Of a stretch of DNA of 64,000 bases, positions 19,251 to 28,246 are shown piece after piece. The notes under the pieces are model-generated. The model did not search any database, was not told the origin of the DNA, and worked only from the letters and a program-made list of their open reading frames with translations. Position numbers and translations under genes: made by a program. Source of the DNA: an uncultured Alphaproteobacteria bacterium (GTDB lineage Bacteria > Pseudomonadota > Alphaproteobacteria > Geminicoccales > Geminicoccaceae); assembly GCA_902826935.1 (NCBI GenBank), contig CADEGR010000005.1, positions 1,256 through 65,255 of the forward strand, in the 5' to 3' direction. How positions within the stretch are numbered: position 1 is the first letter of the stretch; each line of letters opens with the position of its first letter.

Positions 19251-20210
19251 ATGGCTGTCATCCTCGAGGGCGTGGTGCCGCTGTTCGCGGTAATCCTGCT
19301 GGGCTATGTCGCGGGCCGGCTGCGGCTGTTCGACGAGGCCGGGGTCGCGACCCTGGTCGGCTTCGTGTTCAACCTCGCCATGCCGCCGCTCCTGTTCCGG
19401 CTGATGGCGACGAGCCAGCTCGCTGAGGTGGCCGACTGGCGTCTCCTGGTGGCCTATTTCCTGGCCCAGCTGCCGGTCTTCCTGGTCAGCGCCGGGCTCG
19501 GGCTGTGGTGGTTCCGCCAGGATGCAGCCGCCGCGGCGATCCAGGGCTTCGGCTCGATCTTCTCCAACAGCGTGGTGCTGGGTCTGCCGCTGGCGCTCTC
19601 GATCTATGGCCAGCAGGGCGCTCTGCCGGCGCTCATGATCATCACGCTGGACGTGATCCTGTTCGGCCTGCTGACCGTCCTCCTGGAGCTGGCGCGCCAT
19701 CGCGGCGGCGCGCCGGGCGGTCGCCTGGCGCTCGCGACGCTCGTCTCGATGCTGCGCAATCCAATTTTCATGGCGACCCTGGGCGGGCTGCTCTATGGCC
19801 TGGCCGGCTTCGGCCTGGCGCCAGTGGTGGACCGCAGCCTCGGCTTTGTCGGCCAGGCGGGGCCGCCCGCCGCCCTGTTCGCGCTCGGCGCCACGCTCAG
19901 CCTGCGGCGCTTGGCCGGCAGCCTCGGCGCCGCCCTCAGCATGGTCGGCTTCAAGCTCCTGATCCATCCGGCGCTGACCTGGCTGGTGGTCCGGCACGGC
20001 TTCGGCCTGGGCGTGCAATGGGCCAATGTCGCCTGCCTGCTCGCGGCCTGCCCGGTCGGCGCCAATACCTATGTCTTCGCGCGCCAGTACGAGGCCGGCG
20101 TCGAGACCAGCTCCAGCGCCATTTTGATCTCCACCGCGCTCGCCATGCTGTCCTTGACCGGGCTGATTCTGCTGTTGCCGGCCTGGCCTGGCACGCCGGT
20201 CGTTCAGTAG
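19251..20210 (+). CDS. AEC (auxin efflux carrier) family transporter
   Basis: MAVILEGVVPLFAVILLGYVAGRLRLFDEAG..., ~10 TM segments, typical AEC N-terminus. Confidence 0.85.
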   Translation: MAVILEGVVPLFAVILLGYVAGRLRLFDEAGVATLVGFVFNLAMPPLLFRLMATSQLAEVADWRLLVAYFLAQLPVFLVSAGLGLWWFRQDAAAAAIQGFGSIFSNSVVLGLPLALSIYGQQGALPALMIITLDVILFGLLTVLLELARHRGGAPGGRLALATLVSMLRNPIFMATLGGLLYGLAGFGLAPVVDRSLGFVGQAGPPAALFALGATLSLRRLAGSLGAALSMVGFKLLIHPALTWLVVRHGFGLGVQWANVACLLAACPVGANTYVFARQYEAGVETSSSAILISTALAMLSLTGLILLLPAWPGTPVVQ

Positions 20211-20683
20211 TTCAGCATCGGCGCTGTTCTATTAAGAGGCGACCGCTGACCGGTCCCGATCGCTCTATGGGATGAAAAACGACAAAGAAAACAACGGGTT
20301 GCAAGGAAGCCGTAAGGCTCCTAATGTGCCACCATACGAAGGAGGAGCGTCGACGCGTGGGGGCGTTGGCGACAACGAACTGGTAGAGGGGAAACGAATG
20401 CTTAGCTCCGTCCGGAGCGAGGCTTGGCCATTGGTCATTGCCGCGCGATCTCTTGTCGAATCCTGCGCTGATTCCGCTGGCGCGCCTTGACGGATCTGGC
20501 CCTGGCAGGTACCCCTGCCGGCTTCTGTGTTTGATAACACGTTGGTCGTCCCGTCCGCCGATAGCGAGCGAGACGTCCGCTTGAGACCGCAGCCGCTGCT
20601 GCCAGGTTGCCGAGCGGACACTTGCCTTGAATAGCCACTTATGGATCGGCATTCGGCCGATCTGCCGAATTGGGGAGAGCCCG

Positions 20684-22417
20684 ATGAGGTCTGTCCTGTC
20701 GTCAATGACAGTCATTGGTGCAGTGATTTTCGGAGCCGCCGGTGCCCAGGCGGCGCCTGCCGCGAAGGATCCGCACAACGACCTCCTGTCGCAGGAGGCC
20801 TATCCCAGAGCGGCCCAGTGCGGCGTCTGCCACCAGCAGATCTATCGGGAATGGGCCTCGTCGAATCACGCCTATTCGTCGATCTCGCCGATGTTCCATA
20901 AGTTCGAGCAGAAGATTAACGACCTGTCGGGCGGCACGGTCGGCGCGTTTTGCGTCCGCTGCCATCAGCAGATCGGCACCCAGCTCGGCGAGCAGCGCGA
21001 GTCCGCGCTCTGGGAGCGCAGCGGCATCGCCCGCGAAGGCGTCACCTGCATCACCTGCCACCGGGTCGCCGAGGAATATGGCAAGGTCAACGGCAACCGC
21101 GTGGTCGAGCCGGGCGGCATCCATGCGCCGGTCAAGGGCTCGACCAAGGACAGCTCGTTCGCGGCCGTGATCAGCAATCCCGACTACTCGGTCGCGACCA
21201 AGGATGGCGAGACCGGCGATCCGATCCACAACGCGGTCGAATCCTTCGAGCAGATCACCAAGTCCGAATTCTGCGTGTCCTGCCACCAGGTCGCGGTCCA
21301 TCCCAACATCAAGCTCGAGGTGGTCTGGGATCAGTATCGCAACTCGCCGGCGGCGGCGCAGGGCGTGACCTGCCAGGAATGCCACATGGGCAAGAACCCT
21401 GGCCGACCTGACGGCTACGAGAAGACGCCGGTCGCGGTGGTCCAGGGCAAGCCGGTCGGCAATGAGCGCGACCATCACAACCACGCGTTCTTCGGTCCTG
21501 GCTATCCGATCACCCATCCGGGCGTGTTCCCGCACAATCCCGACGCCGAGCGCTGGACCATCGAAGACTGGCTGGCGTTCGACTATCGGGCCGGCTGGGG
21601 CACCGAAGACTTCGAGATCGCGATGGTGGACGGCGAGAAGGACGTGAAGTTCCCGGAGGTCTGGGCCGATCCGGTCGATCGCGAGGAAGCCCGCCTGATC
21701 ATCGACGACAACCTCGCCTTGCTCGAGGAAAAGCGCGAGCTGCGCGAGGCGACCATGAACAACGGCTCGAAGATCGAGGGGCCGTATTTCGACGATGAGC
21801 CGAAGGTCGGCGAGTCCTTCAGCTTCTACTATGACGTGACCAACACCAATAGCGGCCACAATCTGCCGTCCGGCTCGCTCGGCGCCCAGCCGGAGATCTG
21901 GCTGAACGTCGCGCTGACCGATCCCAACGGCAAGACCGTCTGGGAGTCCGGCTACGTCGACAGCCATGGCGACATGGCCGATCTGCATTCGCTGGATGTC
22001 GCCGAAGGCAAGATCCCGATCGACAACCAGCTGTGGAATCTCCAGACCAAGTTCCTGACGACCAACGTCAAGGGCACCGATCGCGAGATGCCGCTGCCGG
22101 TCAATTTCGACATCGACCCGATCCCGTTCATCCGGCCGGGCGCGGTGCCGACCACGGTGCTCAACCATCCGCCCTTCATCCGGATGGAAGGCCGCAGCCT
22201 GCCGCCGCTCTCGACCCGCAAGGCCGAGTACTCCGTGCCCGCCAGCGCGCTCACGGTGCCCGGCACCTACCGTCTCTCGGTGCGCCTGCGCTCTCGCGCC
22301 GAGCCCATCTACTTCATGCGCTTCGTCGAGGCGACCAAGGAGATGGAGCAGGCGATGAACGAGTGGATGATCGACATCCATCCGCAGGCGGTTGAGATCG
22401 ATGTCCTGGCTGACTGA
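20684..22417 (+). CDS. secreted pentahaem c-type cytochrome (5 x CXXCH) with a large haem-free C-terminal domain
   Basis: Signal peptide MRSVLSSMTVIGAVIFGAAGAQA after GGGGAG. CXXCH motifs: CGVCH 20819, CVRCH 20951, CITCH 21047, CVSCH 21272, CQECH 21371. Confidence 0.85.
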   Translation: MRSVLSSMTVIGAVIFGAAGAQAAPAAKDPHNDLLSQEAYPRAAQCGVCHQQIYREWASSNHAYSSISPMFHKFEQKINDLSGGTVGAFCVRCHQQIGTQLGEQRESALWERSGIAREGVTCITCHRVAEEYGKVNGNRVVEPGGIHAPVKGSTKDSSFAAVISNPDYSVATKDGETGDPIHNAVESFEQITKSEFCVSCHQVAVHPNIKLEVVWDQYRNSPAAAQGVTCQECHMGKNPGRPDGYEKTPVAVVQGKPVGNERDHHNHAFFGPGYPITHPGVFPHNPDAERWTIEDWLAFDYRAGWGTEDFEIAMVDGEKDVKFPEVWADPVDREEARLIIDDNLALLEEKRELREATMNNGSKIEGPYFDDEPKVGESFSFYYDVTNTNSGHNLPSGSLGAQPEIWLNVALTDPNGKTVWESGYVDSHGDMADLHSLDVAEGKIPIDNQLWNLQTKFLTTNVKGTDREMPLPVNFDIDPIPFIRPGAVPTTVLNHPPFIRMEGRSLPPLSTRKAEYSVPASALTVPGTYRLSVRLRSRAEPIYFMRFVEATKEMEQAMNEWMIDIHPQAVEIDVLAD

Positions 22418-24323
22418 GACCAGACGGCGCCTGCTGCTCGGGGCGGCCTGCCTCGGCTCGGTAATGGGTGGCCAGGCCTGGGCTGGTGACGGCACCGTCG
22501 TCACCATGCCCCTGCCGGCCAGGCCAGCGGTGACGCCGCTGGCGCCCGGGCTTGCTCCGGCGGCCACGGTTGCGGCCGTCGCGCCGGCTCAGCCTTCGGC
22601 GCCGGCGGCGACCCTGGCGCCGGTTCAGCCAGGCCTGACGCAGCAGGCGGCGTTCGATCTCGCGGGCGCAGCCAAGCCGGTTGCCAGCCGGGCGGCGCGG
22701 CGGGCGTTCGAGCAGCGCCGTCTGGCGCAGGCGGCGGCTGCCAAGGCGGCGAAGCGCCCGGTGCGTCAGCCGATGGTTCTGGCCGGCCCGCCGACCGCGC
22801 TCGAGAAGGCCCTGCTGCAGCGGGGCATGGCGACCGCGCCGACGGATCGCGCCAAGCCGGCGCCCTGGCCGGTGATCCTTCTGGCCGGCTACGACGATCA
22901 GCCGCTCAAGGCCAGCAAGGGTGCCCGCAAGGTCGAGTTCGACGAGAAAGCGTTCAAGTCCGATCCGACCTATCAGGACAAGCCTTACGATCCGAGCGCC
23001 CAGCAGGCGATCTATGGCGGCAAGCAGGCGGTCAACAGCCAGCGGCCGCTGGTCGAGCTCGGCACGCCGCTCTACGACGTCGGCCCGCTCGGCCAGGGCG
23101 TCAATGTGCTCGGCCAGAAGAACCTGCTGTTCGGCTATCTCTATGTCTTCGGCGATTGGCGGACCGCGGTCGCCTACAACGACAACAAGGGCGAGGACCT
23201 CGCTCAGGTCGCGACCCGGGTCAATCTCGACGTCGACCTGGGCCTGACCGCGACCGAGCGGATCCACGCCCTGTTCCAGCCGCTGCAGGACAACAACAAG
23301 TTCACCCGTTGCGAATTCTCCGGCAGCGCCAGCACTGACGAATGCGAGTTCGAATCCGACCTCGATCCGCAGACCTTGTTCTTCGAGGGCGATGCCGGCG
23401 CGATCACGGCCGGTCTCACCGGCAGCTACGTCAATTGGGATCTGCCGTTCACCGGCGGCCTGATCCCGCTGCTGTTCCAGAACGGCATCTGGGTCGAGGA
23501 CGCATTCTGGGGCGGTGCCGTGTCGCTGCCCTCGATGAACAGCAAGTCGCTCGACATCTCGAATGCCGACATCACCTTCTTTGCCGGCTTCGACGACGTC
23601 GAAGCGAACGGCATCGTCGACGGTGGCGGCGTGATCGCCGACGAGGATGTCAACGTCTACGGCTTCGCCACGTTCCTCGAGACCTTGGGCGGCTACATCG
23701 AAGCTGGCTACGGCTATGCCGATGATCAGGGCCAGGACGGCGTGATCGGCGAGCAGGACTACCACTCGGCGACCCTCGCGTTCACCAAGCGCTATGGCAA
23801 CTGGCTGTCCAACAGCATCCGGGTCGTTGGCAGCTTCGGCCAGGACAAGGACGTCGGCGACAATCAGAACGGTGTGATGTTCCTGGTCGAGAACTCGCTG
23901 GTCTCGAGCAAGCCTTATACCGTTCTGCCTTACGCCAACTTCTTCCTCGGCATCGAGCGGCCGGTGCCGCTGGCGCGCAACAACGGTGTTCTGAAGAACA
24001 CCGGCATCAACTTCGAAAGCGATGCGCTGACCGGCTATCCGTTCCTGAACGACACCGGCCAGAACGCCTATGGCGGCGCCATCGGCATCCAGTACCTGTT
24101 CGATCTCGATCAGCAGCTGGTGCTGGAGGTCGCGGCCGAGCGCAACCTGTCCGACGTCAATGACGGCTTCGATGATATCGTCGGCAATCAGTATGCCGTG
24201 GGTGCCCGCTATCAGATCCCGATCTCGAAGGCCTGGCTGGTGCGCACCGACGCCACCTATCAGATCATCGAGGATGGCGACAACAGCGCCGGCGCCCGCG
24301 TCGAGCTGCGCTGGAAGTTCTAG
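22401..24323 (+). CDS. outer-membrane beta-barrel protein (Ala/Pro-rich N-terminal linker + ~440-aa barrel-like region, C-terminal Phe)
   Basis: The ATG at 22401 overlaps the cytochrome stop by 17 nt. Signal peptide ...GAACLGSVMGGQAWA. Alternating hydrophobic strands (YAVGARYQIPISKAWLVRTDATYQII). The protein ends ARVELRWKF. The family was not identified. Confidence 0.65.
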   Translation: MSWLTETRRRLLLGAACLGSVMGGQAWAGDGTVVTMPLPARPAVTPLAPGLAPAATVAAVAPAQPSAPAATLAPVQPGLTQQAAFDLAGAAKPVASRAARRAFEQRRLAQAAAAKAAKRPVRQPMVLAGPPTALEKALLQRGMATAPTDRAKPAPWPVILLAGYDDQPLKASKGARKVEFDEKAFKSDPTYQDKPYDPSAQQAIYGGKQAVNSQRPLVELGTPLYDVGPLGQGVNVLGQKNLLFGYLYVFGDWRTAVAYNDNKGEDLAQVATRVNLDVDLGLTATERIHALFQPLQDNNKFTRCEFSGSASTDECEFESDLDPQTLFFEGDAGAITAGLTGSYVNWDLPFTGGLIPLLFQNGIWVEDAFWGGAVSLPSMNSKSLDISNADITFFAGFDDVEANGIVDGGGVIADEDVNVYGFATFLETLGGYIEAGYGYADDQGQDGVIGEQDYHSATLAFTKRYGNWLSNSIRVVGSFGQDKDVGDNQNGVMFLVENSLVSSKPYTVLPYANFFLGIERPVPLARNNGVLKNTGINFESDALTGYPFLNDTGQNAYGGAIGIQYLFDLDQQLVLEVAAERNLSDVNDGFDDIVGNQYAVGARYQIPISKAWLVRTDATYQIIEDGDNSAGARVELRWKF

Positions 24324-24420
24324 CGGCCAGAGCATCGGCGGCGGTTCGCGCGATTTTCGCTGACCGCCCGCCGGGCTTGGGTTTAGACTCCCGTCGAAGC
24401 GACCGAAGGCGACGGCGGGC

Positions 24421-25989
24421 ATGGCAGAGCGTCTCAAATATTGGGGCTGGGGCAGGGTAGGCGACGGGCTGAGCAGCGCCGAAGCCGACCGCTTGCTCCG
24501 CTGGTATGCCAGCCGGTTCGATCTGGCTGGTCGCAGCCCGCGGGTGCCGCCCGGGCCCGACGCCATCGCGCTGCCGCCGTCGCGGCTGCAGCCGCCGGCC
24601 GCCCTCGCTGGTCTGGTCACCAGCGAGCCCTATGAGCGCCTGTTGCACACCTATGGCAAGTCCTATCCCGATGCCGTGCGCGCCTTCGCCGGCGCCTTCG
24701 CCAGCGCGCCCGATCTGGTGGCGCATCCGACCGGCGAGGCCGAGATCCAGGCCCTGCTCGACTGGGCGGCTGGCGCTGGCGTTGCGGTCATCCCGTTCGG
24801 CTGCGGCTCGAGCGTGGTCGGTGGCATCGAGCCGCGGGTGCCCGACCGCTTCGCCGGCACGCTCAGCCTCGACCTTGATGGTCTGAACCGGCTGCTCGAG
24901 GTCGATCCGGTCAGCCGTGCCGCCCGCTGCCAGGCGGGGATGCGCGGGCCGGTGCTGGAGGCAGCGCTGCGGCCGCACGGCCTGACTTTGCGCCATTTTC
25001 CCCAGAGCTTCGAGTTCTCGACCGTCGGCGGCTGGATCGCGACCCGCTCCGGCGGCCATTTCGCGACGCTCTTCACCCATATCGACGACTTCGTCGAAAG
25101 CCTGCGCACGGTCACCCCGGCGGGTGTCATGGCGAGCCGACGTCTGCCGGGCTCCGGTGCTGGCCCCAGCCCGGATCGTCTGATGATCGGCTCGGAAGGC
25201 GCCTTGGGCGTGATCACCGAGGCCTGGCTCCGCCTGCAGGCCCGGCCACGCCATAAGGCCCAGGCGGCCATCGGCTTTGCCGATTTCGGCCGGGCCGCAG
25301 ACGCCATCCGCGCGATCGCCCAGGCCGGCCTGTATCCGAGCAACCTGCGCCTGATCGATGCCGAGGAGGCGGCGCTGAACGGTGCCGGCGACGGTGCCGA
25401 AGCGCTCATGGTCCTGGCCTTCGAATCGGCCGACCATGCGCTCGATGCCTGGCAGGCGCGCGCCTTGACCTTGGTTCAGGACCATGGCGGCCGGGTCCAT
25501 CCGGACTTGCAGGCGGCCGAGGCCTGGCGCACCGCCTTCATCCGCATGCCCTACCAGCGCGAGCTGGTGGTGCCGCTGGGCCTGATCGTCGACACCTTCG
25601 AGACCGCCGTGACCTGGGATCGCTTCGCCGCCCTCCATGAGGGCGTCAAGGCGGCCACCGCCGCCGCGATCAGGGACGTGACCGGTGCTCAGGGGCTGGT
25701 CACCTGCCGCTTCACCCATGTCTACCCGGATGGCCCGGCACCTTACTTCACCTTCCATGCGCAGGGTCAGCCAGGCGGTCTGCTCGAGCAGTGGCAGGCG
25801 ATCAAGGCTGCCGCCGCCGATGCGGTGATCGCGTTGGGGGGCACGATCACCCACCACCATGCCGTCGGCCGCGACCACATGCCCTGGTATCGCCAGCAGC
25901 GGCCGGAGCTGTTCGGTGCCGCCCTGGCCGCGGCCAAGCACAGCCTCGATCCGGCGGGCATCATGAATCCCGGCGTGCTGGTGCCATGA
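24421..25989 (+). CDS. FAD-linked oxidase, alkyl-DHAP-synthase (AGPS)-like
   Basis: N-terminal LKYWGWG motif. FAD-binding PCMH-type region (VIPFGCGSSVVGG). The C-terminus reads ...THHHAVGRDH...LDPAGIMNPG. Confidence 0.82.
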   Translation: MAERLKYWGWGRVGDGLSSAEADRLLRWYASRFDLAGRSPRVPPGPDAIALPPSRLQPPAALAGLVTSEPYERLLHTYGKSYPDAVRAFAGAFASAPDLVAHPTGEAEIQALLDWAAGAGVAVIPFGCGSSVVGGIEPRVPDRFAGTLSLDLDGLNRLLEVDPVSRAARCQAGMRGPVLEAALRPHGLTLRHFPQSFEFSTVGGWIATRSGGHFATLFTHIDDFVESLRTVTPAGVMASRRLPGSGAGPSPDRLMIGSEGALGVITEAWLRLQARPRHKAQAAIGFADFGRAADAIRAIAQAGLYPSNLRLIDAEEAALNGAGDGAEALMVLAFESADHALDAWQARALTLVQDHGGRVHPDLQAAEAWRTAFIRMPYQRELVVPLGLIVDTFETAVTWDRFAALHEGVKAATAAAIRDVTGAQGLVTCRFTHVYPDGPAPYFTFHAQGQPGGLLEQWQAIKAAAADAVIALGGTITHHHAVGRDHMPWYRQQRPELFGAALAAAKHSLDPAGIMNPGVLVP

Positions 25990-26540
25990 CCGGCCGCGAT
26001 CTGCAGCATCAGCGCGCGGAGGCATCGGCCGAGCCGGCCGAGCTCGCCTTGGTCCGTGCCGCTGCTCCGGCCGACGTGCCGGCCTTGGCCGAAGTCCATG
26101 TCGCCAGCTGGCGCTCGACCTATCAGGGCTTGCTTCCCAGCACCTATCTCGAGGCCTCGACGATTCCTCGGCGTTGCTCGTTCTGGCAGCAGATGCTGGT
26201 CCGGCCCGACCGCATCAGCCTGGTCGCGGAAGACCGGCAGGCGGTGGTCGGCTTGGCGCTGGCGGGGCCGACCATCACGCCCGAGCTGGGCTTCGAAGGC
26301 GAGCTGTTCGCGCTCTATCTGCTGCCCGGCCACCAGCGTCGGGGGTTCGGCCGCGCCCTGCTCGAGGCCAGCCGGGCCGCGCTCTATGCCCAAGGCTGCC
26401 GACGTATGATGCTTTGGGTTCTGGCCGGCAACTCAGCGCGCCATTTCTATCGGCGCATGGGCGGCCGGCTGATCGCCGAGCGGACCGAGGATTTCGCCGG
26501 CCAGCCGCTGGCCGAGCTGGCCTTCGGCTGGGACGGCTGA
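25986..26540 (+). CDS. GNAT family N-acetyltransferase
   Basis: ATGA start/stop overlap with the upstream gene. The acetyl-CoA motif region is LYLLPGHQRRGFGRALLEASRA... Confidence 0.8.
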   Translation: MTGRDLQHQRAEASAEPAELALVRAAAPADVPALAEVHVASWRSTYQGLLPSTYLEASTIPRRCSFWQQMLVRPDRISLVAEDRQAVVGLALAGPTITPELGFEGELFALYLLPGHQRRGFGRALLEASRAALYAQGCRRMMLWVLAGNSARHFYRRMGGRLIAERTEDFAGQPLAELAFGWDG

Positions 26541-26651
26541 GCAGCCGGCTGACTGTCGAAATCACGCCAGCCGGCGTCGGCGCCAGGCTGGCTGCGGTCT
26601 CGGCCGGGTGCTAAGACCGCGCGATCGGTGGCGCATCAGCTGGAGGCGAGC

Positions 26652-28187
26652 ATGACGGTGGCAGCGCGCGAGGGCAGGCGGGGCGGCCGTTCCGCGAGGC
26701 GAGAAGCGCGGACCGCGATCGAGCTGAAGTTCCTGCCGGTGCTCAAGCGGACCGTGCCGACCTACCAGATCCTGGACGAGGCGCAGCTGGAGCGCCTGCA
26801 TCAGGCATCCTTAAGCATCCTCGAAGAGATCGGCATCGAGTTTCGCGATCAGGAGGCGGTCCAGCTCTGGCAGGCGGCCGGTGCTGCGGTCGAGCGCTTC
26901 CGTGTCCGCATCCCGCGCGATCTGCTGATGGCGCTGGTCGCCAAGGCGCCGGGCCGCTTCACCGTGCATGGCCGCAACCCCGCCCATAGCAGCGAGATCG
27001 GCGGCGATCAGGTGGCGTTCGGACCGACCTATGGCTCGCCCTTCGTCTATGGCTGGGACAATCAGCGCCGCTACGGCACGCTTGAGGATCTCCACAATTT
27101 CCACAAGCTCGCCTATCTGACGCCGGTCCTGCACAACACCGGCTCGGTCACCTGCGAGCCGGTCGACGTCGCGGTGCCCAAGCGCCATCTGCACATCACC
27201 TACAGCGCCATCAAGCACTCCGACAAGCCGTTCATGGGTCCGGTCACGGCGCCCGAACGGGCGGCCGACGCCGTGCGCATGGCCGAGATCGTGTTCGGTC
27301 GCGAGTTCGTCGACCAGAACACCGTGATGATCTCCTTGATGAACTGCAACTCGCCGCTGGTCTGGGACGAGACCATGCTGGGCGCGCTCAAGATCTATGC
27401 CCGGGCCAACCAGGCCTCGATCGTGGCGCCCTTCGCCTTGGCCGGCGCCAACACGCCGGCGTCCGCCATGGGTGCGGTCGCCCAGATCAACGCCGAAGGG
27501 CTCGCCGGCATCGCGTTCAGCCAGCTCTGCCGGGCCGGGGCACCCGTGATCTACGGCCACTTCCTGGCGACCGTGTCGATGAAGTCCGGGGCCCCCATGG
27601 CCGGCACGCCCGAGATCGCGTTCATGAACCTCGCGATCGGTCAGCTTGCCCGCAAGTACGGTCTGCCGCTGCGCTCGTCCGGCATGATTGCCGGCTCCAA
27701 GCTGGTCGATGCCCAGGCCGCCTACGAATCGATCCAGACCATGTATCCGGCCTTCCTGTCGGGCGCCAACTACGTCCTCCATAGCTGTGGCTGGGACGAG
27801 GCGGGCCTCGCCGCCAGCTTCGCCAAGTTCATGCTGGATGCCGAGCAGATCGCGATGTTCTACCGCTTCGGCCAGGGCCCCGACTTCAGCGACTTCGAGG
27901 ACGCCATGACCGCGATCCGCGAGGTCGGGCCGGGCGGCCATTATCTGGGCACCGAGCACACCCAGAGCCATTTCCAGACCGCGTTCTTCATGCCGGAGCT
28001 GCTCGACAACAACAGCTTCGAGCAATGGCTGGGCGATGGCGCCAAGGACGCCAATGCCCGCGCCCTGGAGGCGGCCCGCCGGCTGCTCGACAGTTACCAG
28101 GCGCCGCCGCTCGATCCGGCGATCGACGAGGCGCTCCTGGCCTTCATCCGCGAGCGCGAGGCGGTTCTGCCCGACAGCATGGATTGA
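26652..28187 (+). CDS. trimethylamine methyltransferase (MttB) superfamily protein, non-pyrrolysine type
   Basis: The full-length match to the MttB pattern (LHQASLSILEEIGIEF..., ..NCNSPLVWDETML..., ..GGHYLGTEHT..) was recognised by eye. There is no in-frame TAG. ATG 26652 follows GGAGG (GTG 26628 is an alternative start). Confidence 0.88.
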   Translation: MTVAAREGRRGGRSARREARTAIELKFLPVLKRTVPTYQILDEAQLERLHQASLSILEEIGIEFRDQEAVQLWQAAGAAVERFRVRIPRDLLMALVAKAPGRFTVHGRNPAHSSEIGGDQVAFGPTYGSPFVYGWDNQRRYGTLEDLHNFHKLAYLTPVLHNTGSVTCEPVDVAVPKRHLHITYSAIKHSDKPFMGPVTAPERAADAVRMAEIVFGREFVDQNTVMISLMNCNSPLVWDETMLGALKIYARANQASIVAPFALAGANTPASAMGAVAQINAEGLAGIAFSQLCRAGAPVIYGHFLATVSMKSGAPMAGTPEIAFMNLAIGQLARKYGLPLRSSGMIAGSKLVDAQAAYESIQTMYPAFLSGANYVLHSCGWDEAGLAASFAKFMLDAEQIAMFYRFGQGPDFSDFEDAMTAIREVGPGGHYLGTEHTQSHFQTAFFMPELLDNNSFEQWLGDGAKDANARALEAARRLLDSYQAPPLDPAIDEALLAFIREREAVLPDSMD

Positions 28188-28246
28188 GCGCAAGGCCGGA
28201 TCGTGGTCTGCTGCTGCGGCCCGATCGGAAGCCCGGAGAGCCCGCC

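Noticed and set aside
20328-20349. Glycine-riboswitch-like core (GCCACCATACGAAGGAGGAGC, cf. ACCGAAGGGGCAA) in the cytochrome leader.
   Set aside because: Only a partial resemblance to one conserved segment. The paired P1/P3 context and the second aptamer are not evident, and the downstream genes have no link to glycine.
20272-20490. 72-aa ORF inside the long leader (MKNDKENNGLQGSRK...).
   Set aside because: No RBS, atypical composition, and no motif. It overlaps hairpin-rich sequence that is better explained as non-coding RNA or leader.
20531-20545. FNR/CRP-type box upstream of the cytochrome operon (TTGATaacaCGTTG).
   Set aside because: Only the left half-site matches TTGAT-N4-ATCAA. The right half has at most 2/5 matches.
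26652-28187. Possible pyrrolysine (in-frame TAG) recoding in the MttB homologue.
   Set aside because: The ORF is uninterrupted from start to stop and no pyl genes are present. It belongs to the non-Pyl branch.
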